NCBI GenBank assembly: GCA_043825735.1
Contig: JBDRRP010000045.1
Location: 1 to 64,000 of the forward strand
Source of the DNA: Pseudomonadota bacterium
Lineage (GTDB): Bacteria > Desulfobacterota > Desulfobacteria > Desulfobacterales > JBDRRP01
Reading direction: 5' to 3'
DNA length: 64,000 bases
Part shown: piece by piece, positions 58,195-64,000 of the stretch
How the letters are laid out: each line of letters starts with the position of its first letter
How positions within the stretch are numbered: position 1 is the stretch's first letter
The notes under the pieces: model-generated
The model's database searches: none
What the model saw: the letters and a program-made list of their open reading frames with translations, nothing else
What the model was told of the DNA's origin: nothing
Program-made: the position numbers and the translations under genes

Positions 58195-58441
58195 GACGCC
58201 TCCTTTTGGGTTCAGTGTTATCGGAGCGCCCCACGAGCGGGGAGGGCTGGGGCAAAGTGGGTGCGGACACCATAACACGAATGCGGTGTGACGAAAATGT
58301 TAGCTGCCGATGGCGGCTGACAGTAGCGGCAGGCTGTCGCACTCTTGACCAGAATAAAACCCGCCCTATTCTTGTACACGTTGCAGCCGCGCGTCGGTGT
58401 CTGTGCAAAATGATCCAGGTACCGAACAATGGAGGGGGATC

Positions 58442-59146
58442 ATGCATAAAGACCGGAAGATCTCCAGGCGCACCTTCCTTGCCGCAGCCGGCGGCACCAT
58501 CGTGAGCATCGGTTTGCCCGGCGTTTTCATAAAATGCTCGGACGCGGATCAGCGCGCTCTGGCAGCCGACACCAGACCCGACGGCAGGCGCCGCCTTCCA
58601 CCCGGTCAGCAGGCGGTCGAAAGGATCCCGAATATGGGCGGCACGCCTGGAACCGCTACTGCTGCAAACTGGCGCCTGCGTGTCCATGGGGAGGTGGAAA
58701 GACCGCTCGTTCTTTCCTACCGAGAGCTGCTCGCCCTGGACCAGGTGAATATCATCTGCGATATTCACTGTGTCACGGGCTGGACGCTTCTGGATTCCAA
58801 CTGGCGCGGCGTTCGCCTGGCAACGATCCTGGATATCGTCAGGCCCCGCAGAAGCGGCGGTTTTGTCATTTTTGAGGCGGCCGGAGGTTACACCAGCAAC
58901 GTTCCCATCAGTGAGGCCCGAAAGGAAAACGTGATTCTTGCGCACAGTTTCTTTGGTGAGAAACTGCCGCAGGCGCACGGCGCTCCGGTGCGTGCCCTGG
59001 TCCCTGATCGCTATTTCTACAAGAGCGCCAAGTGGATAGAGGCGGTCAAAGTCACCGTTGTCGATGAGCCCGGGTTTTGGGAAAGCCGGGGTTTCAGCAA
59101 CGCCGCCGATCCATGGAAGGAAGAACGTTTTCAAAAGAAGCAGTGA
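58442..59146 (+). CDS. Molybdopterin-dependent oxidoreductase (sulfite oxidase/MsrP-like family) with Tat signal
   Basis: SRRTFL, LPPGQ, WRL.V.GEVE.P, DIHCVTGW, W.GV, HGAPVR..VP..Y.YKSAKW, GFWE.RG. Confidence 0.9.
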   Translation: MHKDRKISRRTFLAAAGGTIVSIGLPGVFIKCSDADQRALAADTRPDGRRRLPPGQQAVERIPNMGGTPGTATAANWRLRVHGEVERPLVLSYRELLALDQVNIICDIHCVTGWTLLDSNWRGVRLATILDIVRPRRSGGFVIFEAAGGYTSNVPISEARKENVILAHSFFGEKLPQAHGAPVRALVPDRYFYKSAKWIEAVKVTVVDEPGFWESRGFSNAADPWKEERFQKKQ

Positions 59147-59198
59147 GGCAGATGGCTGACGGCTTTAATTGTATCAATATTGACATAACAAATATTGA

Positions 59199-59456
59199 AT
59201 GATAGCCAAAGAATGCTATGGCTGCCGCCGGCATGAGGAAACGCTCATCGAGCAATTATCTGAAAGCCAAAAATTGAAGCGCACCGCATCCGAAAAAGAC
59301 ATAAAAACCGTTCAGGATTTTCAACGGAAAATTCGCTTCGAAATCTGGGGAGAAGAGGTGATCCAAAAGCAGGTGAAAGCCAGCGCCAATAGCGGCCGCG
59401 TGTATCTGCCGCCCGGGTGGGTCGGCCATAAAGTGAAAATTGTCCGAATGGACTAG
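59199..59456 (+). CDS. DUF2080-like (putative transposon-associated) small protein
   Basis: C-terminal GEEVIQKQVKASANSGRVYLPPGWVGHKVKIVR pattern. Start uncertain. Confidence 0.7.
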   Translation: MIAKECYGCRRHEETLIEQLSESQKLKRTASEKDIKTVQDFQRKIRFEIWGEEVIQKQVKASANSGRVYLPPGWVGHKVKIVRMD

Positions 59457-59502
59457 TACTGTTAAAGCAGCATATCGATTCATGGGGTGCCGTTTTTTCT
59501 TT

Positions 59503-59815
59503 TTAGTTGAGCACGCGTGTGCCGAAGACTTCGAATCGCGAGGCGGGGTGGCGTTTGGCCAGTGATGAAGCGGCCCACTGGGTTTTCAGGCGATCGAGAA
59601 AGGATGACGGGTCCGCCAAATCCTGGCCGCAGGCCCGGCAAAATGCCGGATAGTCCATGGGCCGCACCTGAAGCAGGTTGGATGCCCTGCCGTAAAGCGG
59701 CGCCGAACGGTTGAAAAACAAATCGTTCATCATTCGGGTGCTGGATCCGGCCAGAATCAAGAGTGCCCCCGACGGCATCGAATGATCCAGCCATTTTTGC
59801 AGACGGGCACTTTGA
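59503..59815 (-). pseudogene. Remnant of an archaeal-type AAA ATPase (ATPase_2/DUF234-like)
   Basis: RLQKWLD...LILAGSS..MM.......APLYGRA...L.V.PM is a mid-protein segment of this family. Walker A/B and most of the C-terminal half are missing. Confidence 0.65.
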
Positions 59816-59829
59816 CTGTTGTTATTCAT

Positions 59830-60240
59830 GTGCACGAAGGGCGTGGCAAAAGCATCTGCCGCTCAGGCCGCGTGGATCGACTCGCCGGTGTCAATGCCGA
59901 CCCGGTGGGGCGTCTTTTCAACGGTGACCGGGTAGGCCCAGGTCACCGCCCCGGTGGGGTTTCGAAACAAAAAGGTCATGTGCCGCTGCAAGTCGTCGAG
60001 AATGGCGATCACGGTTTCCCGCGGCAGGTCAAGGGCGCCGGCGACATCGTCCGGCGTTACGGGCCGGCCGTAGCGCGGCAGTTCGCGCACCACGAAATGG
60101 TGGACCCGGCGATGGCCGGCCGTCATAAACCGCAAATTGCGCCCGATTTTCAGTTTGCCTTTTTCGCTCTGTTTTTCCCAAAGTATCGGCGGCACACCGA
60201 TCATGGACTTCCACAGCTCCGCCATCAGCTTGTTGGACAT
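59830..60240 (-). CDS. MerB (organomercurial lyase)-like protein, probable selenoprotein, apparently C-terminally truncated
   Basis: Strong RBS (AAGGAGG). wHTH-like region, WAYPVT...TPHRV, then IHAA-TGA(59865-59863)-AADAFATPFVH, aligning with MerB YAWC96ALD99. Confidence 0.7.
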
Positions 60241-60478
60241 TTCTCATCCTCCTTTCCAAGGTCAAATCGGTTTCCGGCGAAATGGCAATTACTTTTATGC
60301 TAATACAGAAAGCGCCAGTTGGTCTTTTCCCAAAGTGATGTTGAACCACGGAGCCATCGGGATAGGGTGTGAACCTGTACACGGGTCAAGCGATATTTAT
60401 TTTCCGTCCGCCCGTGGACGGATCGGTTTCATTCAATCGACCGTGCTCAGCGCCGCCATGATGCAGGTGCTCATATTC

Positions 60479-60613
60479 TGATGCATTCGTAAAAAGTCTG
60501 AAATCACCACAGAGGACGCAGAGAGCGCAGAGATAACTTTTTAATTATTCATAATATTCTCTGCGGTCCTCTGCGCTCTCTGTGGTTCAAAATCACTTTT
60601 TACGGTTACATCA
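60479..60613. mobile_element. Small MITE-like element with 19-bp TIRs enclosing inverted 9-bp repeat arms
   Basis: TGATGCATTCGTAAAAAGT ... ACTTTTTACGGTTACATCA. Inner ACCACAGAGGACGCAGAGAGCGCAGAGA / TCTCTGCGGTCCTCTGCGCTCTCTGTGGT. Confidence 0.7.
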
Positions 60614-60799
60614 CACATTGACATTTGTCGCATTGCTGATGAGTTATTCTTTCAATGTGTAGGTCTGACCCTATGTTTTTTCGCGCTCCCGGCGCCCCAT
60701 GGATCTTGCGGGATAGGCGAGCCGTATCATCGTCCTTCCCGGGTTTTCACTGTATTATTTACGTTGACATCGTAAATATTACAGGTTATTTGTGTTTCC

Positions 60800-62071
60800 A
60801 TGTCGAATTTTCCCCCATACCTGACGCGAAGCCTGACAGACCGCCTACCGCCGCCCGACACCCCGCGCATCGCCGTGCTTACCGGTGCCCGGCAAACCGG
60901 GAAAACAACCCTTGCCAGACGGGTTTACCCGGGCCTTCGCTACATCAATCTTGATGCGCCGGAAAACCGCGATGCTTTGCGGGAAACCAGCACCATCGGC
61001 TGGGGGCAAACAATCGGAAACGCCATTATCGACGAGGCCCATAAAGCGCCTGTCGTATTTGAAAAGGTGAAGTACGCCTTTGATGAAAAGGATATTTCTT
61101 TTACCGTGCTGACCGGTTCCAGCCAGATCCTCCTTTTGAAAAACATTTGCGAATCGCTGGCAGGCCGGGCTTTTTTTTATGAACTCTGGCCGATGATGCA
61201 ATGCGAGTTGTGCAGTCACCTGTCGTCCGGGGAAACCGGTCCACCGATGTTGCACCACCTGGCGGCAGCGCCTGACATCGGCGCATTCATGTCTTCGATG
61301 TCAAACATGGTGCTCGAAGCTGAGGATTTCCCGAGTAAAGCGATTGAAGCCCACCTGCTCGCGTGGGGCGGTATGCCCTCACTGCTTGAGCTTTCCGACG
61401 AGGACCGGTGGCAGTGGTTGAAAAACTATGGACACACCTACCTCGAGCGCGATTTGCGGGACCTTTCGCGCATGGATGATCTGGCACCTTTTCGCAAGTT
61501 TCAGAAACTATCCGCGCTACGCTCGGCGATGCTGCTGAATTATTCTGAACTGGCCAGAGATGCCGCAATCAGTGTGGACACCGCCCGCCGTTATCTTGAA
61601 TACCTGCGCATCTCCTACCAGATCGTGCTGCTGCAGCCCTACTACCGCAACCTGACCAGTTCGGCGGTCAAGACACCCAAGCTGTACTGGACCGATATCG
61701 GCATCTGGCGACAATTGACCGGCTTTCGCGGCGCGTCTTCCGGGCAACTGTACGAGAGCATGGTGGTTTCCGAAGTGATCAAGTGGGTGCGAACGGCTCA
61801 GGACGATCTTGATGTCTATTACTACAGGACGCGGTCGGGTCTGGAGGTGGACTTGCTTTTGGAAAATGCTCAGGGGGTGATCGGCATAGAAATCAAATCA
61901 CGCGAGACCATCTCCGGCCCTGACACCAGCGCACTCAAGGCCGTGGCCCTGGCCCTGGGGGACCGCTGGCGCGGAGGACTGGTCATTTACTCCGGGCGAC
62001 GGATCGAACGGATCGCAGACCCGAATATCTGGGCAATCCCCAGCCGGCGGCTGTTCCAACCGCTGCAATAA
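60800..62071 (+). CDS. AAA_14 ATPase with DUF4143 (COG1373-type)
   Basis: GARQTGKTT, IIDE, LTGSS, ESLAGR, GGMP, YLERD, KTPKLY..D.G, YES.V, YYRTRSGLEVD, IEIK. Confidence 0.92.
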   Translation: MSNFPPYLTRSLTDRLPPPDTPRIAVLTGARQTGKTTLARRVYPGLRYINLDAPENRDALRETSTIGWGQTIGNAIIDEAHKAPVVFEKVKYAFDEKDISFTVLTGSSQILLLKNICESLAGRAFFYELWPMMQCELCSHLSSGETGPPMLHHLAAAPDIGAFMSSMSNMVLEAEDFPSKAIEAHLLAWGGMPSLLELSDEDRWQWLKNYGHTYLERDLRDLSRMDDLAPFRKFQKLSALRSAMLLNYSELARDAAISVDTARRYLEYLRISYQIVLLQPYYRNLTSSAVKTPKLYWTDIGIWRQLTGFRGASSGQLYESMVVSEVIKWVRTAQDDLDVYYYRTRSGLEVDLLLENAQGVIGIEIKSRETISGPDTSALKAVALALGDRWRGGLVIYSGRRIERIADPNIWAIPSRRLFQPLQ

Positions 62072-62258
62072 GCCCGGCGCAGAGGATGCTTCGATCGCTG
62101 TACATATTTTATGTTCCATGATATCAGGCGCTTACAATGCTTAAATTTATATTCTAAGATGTCCCCAACTCCCACGCTTTTTATGGAACTATCGAAATTG
62201 ACGATTCACGACAAGTTTCTGCCGCCCAGGGGCACCAGACGCCGTTTATGGGTGGGGA

Positions 62259-63314
62259 CTAACTAGCTGCATTGGCGGTGGCTATCGCGCCGGCCGCGGC
62301 CACAATGGCCGCGGCCTCGTCCGGGCGTGGCGCGAGGGGATAGACGGACTGCCACCCGTCAAGCCCGATAACCACCGGCGCGGCGACCACGCCGTGAATA
62401 TCCAGCCATTCACCGGCCAGCGCGACCTGCGCTGGAATCACCCTGAGATCGCTGCCGACAAAGGCCCTGACCATCTCGAGCACGGCGTGGGCGGTTGCCA
62501 TTTCAGTGGTGTGACCCGTCGTGAAGTGGGTGAAAAAAGGCTTTACCACCGCGCGCAGATCCGCCGGCAACGCCTGGACATAGGCGTATGCCGCCTCGAT
62601 CTGTCCACTTTTGACAAGCTGCAGCATCCGGCCCTTGTGGGTGCGTGATTCATTGGGAAATTCGGCCATTGTCCGCCCCGCACGGGACTTGCCGCACAGG
62701 GCCTCGACCGCGGCCGCTGGGACGCCGCTCACCCGCAACTGGCTCCACAACGCAACGGCATGGTCACCATGCTGGCCCAGCATGAACGTGTTGACCCGGG
62801 GCCTTGCCACGCCCATATCAGCGGCGATCTCGGCGCGCAGCCTCAGCGTGTCCGAGAGCGCGCCCGCACCCAGGACCTGCCTCGGCCCCAGCCGCTCGGC
62901 GAAGATCTTCACGCCGAGTTCCACCGGGTTAGACTGGACGATGACCACGGGCGGCCGCCCCGGGCGCGCAGCCAGCGCATCGGCATAGTTCGCGAAAATC
63001 CGGCCATTGGTCTTGCCCAGGGCTGCGCGGTCGATAGGGGCATTGGGGTCGGTTGAAATGGTGACACCCGCCAGCATGACAACCAGATCGCCGTCCACCG
63101 CGTCAGGATCCAGTACGACTTCGATAGACGGCGCATGGTCTACAAACGCGTCCTCCAGATCGGCACGCAACCCCCACAGCTCGTGCTCACTGCTTCCGCC
63201 ATGGTGGCCGACCAATTGCACCCGGGCGCTGGGAGGCAGGAGGTTTTCGTCCAAAAGTTGCGCAGCCACTTGTCGACCGCAGTGCCCCGCGGCCCCGATG
63301 ATCGAAACGTTCAT
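62259..63314 (-). CDS. Lactate/malate dehydrogenase superfamily protein, atypical
   Basis: IIGAAGHCG, D.VVMLAG, R..L..N..I, SNPVE, DTLR, GQHGD. Confidence 0.85.
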   Translation of the reverse strand: MNVSIIGAAGHCGRQVAAQLLDENLLPPSARVQLVGHHGGSSEHELWGLRADLEDAFVDHAPSIEVVLDPDAVDGDLVVMLAGVTISTDPNAPIDRAALGKTNGRIFANYADALAARPGRPPVVIVQSNPVELGVKIFAERLGPRQVLGAGALSDTLRLRAEIAADMGVARPRVNTFMLGQHGDHAVALWSQLRVSGVPAAAVEALCGKSRAGRTMAEFPNESRTHKGRMLQLVKSGQIEAAYAYVQALPADLRAVVKPFFTHFTTGHTTEMATAHAVLEMVRAFVGSDLRVIPAQVALAGEWLDIHGVVAAPVVIGLDGWQSVYPLAPRPDEAAAIVAAAGAIATANAAS

Positions 63315-63693
63315 ACACTCCTCCGTTGCATGGCGTCAGTCCCCTGTTTTCGTCGTTTAGGGTAGATAAACCATGAATTGGCTAACGTTTGACATGCGTT
63401 TCCCATTTCAACTAAACTATCATCGATATTTGTAAAAAGTGAAGCATGAATATGCAGGCCCCATGAGAGTGGGCCTGTGCGTCGCTGACTATGTCTACTC
63501 AGCGATTTGAGCAGCAGATGGCACACCCTGAAGAGATACTTGTGCAGACTCTTTAGGTTATCGCTTACACAACACACCGTCCCCAACTCACCCCTTATCT
63601 CTCTGTTGCGCACGCGCCTCACGCCGGGGCTTTACCGCGTGTAAGAATTGTTGACACTCATCGATTTCCGAAGCTGGTGGCGATCGCCCCTTA

Positions 63694-63842
63694 CTATTGT
63701 CCATCCATAAACGGCATCTTTCGGCCCAGAGCTGCGTATTCACATTTTTTTAAACCACCGAAATAGAAGGCTATTCCGCTGGTTTCGAAAATGCTCAAGC
63801 CTTGCTCTGAACTAAAATCTACCATTTCTGGATAGACACTAA
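63694..63842. mobile_element. ~145-bp MITE-like element, copy 2
   Basis: Its reverse complement aligns along the whole length with 31709-31853 (CCAGAAA.GGTAGATTTT.GTTC...GCAAGGC..GAGCA.TTT.GAAACC...GGAATAGCCT.CTATTT...AAAGATGCCGTTTATGG.TGGACA). Confidence 0.8.
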
Positions 63843-63925
63843 CTATACCAAAAGCCAAGCGATTCCTGTTGTGATGATCTTGGTATGATATTTGCTGATT
63901 TCTCAAAAACAATGGAGGGGACGAT

Positions 63926-64000
63926 ATGGCTAAAAATTTCAGTGTACGCGCGAAAAAAAGCAGCGATCGCGCCCTGGCATTAATGTTGTCCGGCGATTTT
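63926..64000 (+). CDS. Hypothetical protein, N-terminus only (possibly STAS-like)
   Basis: GGAGG RBS then ATG 63926: MAKNFSVRAKKSSDRALALMLSGDF, open to the window edge. Confidence 0.6.
   Translation, partial: MAKNFSVRAKKSSDRALALMLSGDF

Noticed and set aside
60800..62071. AAA_14/DUF4143 gene as part of a defence system
   Set aside because: A common stand-alone family; no partner defence genes are adjacent in this window.
63694..63912. 72-aa minus-strand ORF
   Set aside because: Largely a translation of the MITE-like element.

Overview
GC-rich window, most consistent with a sulfate-reducing deltaproteobacterium (Desulfobacterales-like; inferred from gene content and repeat families). It holds about 53 protein-coding genes. 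No rRNA, tRNA, CRISPR array or transposase was recognised. Main content in order: partial carB divergent from a PurF-like gene lacking the catalytic Cys1; two hybrid sensor kinases; a divergent CCA/poly(A)-polymerase-type nucleotidyltransferase; mgtE; a KDSR-like SDR; a MacAB-type ABC exporter; a sigma54-driven signalling/TauE cluster (protein kinase, three USPs, two-component system, CMP-kinase-like membrane protein); mutY; a CoA-transferase-GNAT fusion lacking the catalytic Glu; a TPAT-type TRAP transporter; a nucleoside ABC importer with a cytosine deaminase carrying the 5-methylcytosine-type substitution; mmuM; hrpB. A patchy accessory region (53.5-64 kb) carries a Tat-signal-bearing aspartate 4-decarboxylase and a MerB-like gene with an in-frame TGA exactly at the catalytic Cys position (probable selenoprotein, apparently truncated by fusion to an ATPase remnant). 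Intergenic regions are dense with small repeats: a ~145-bp MITE-like family, a GTAG-type REP doublet and several inverted short-tandem-repeat hairpins. All family calls come from recognising motifs by eye, not from database searches.
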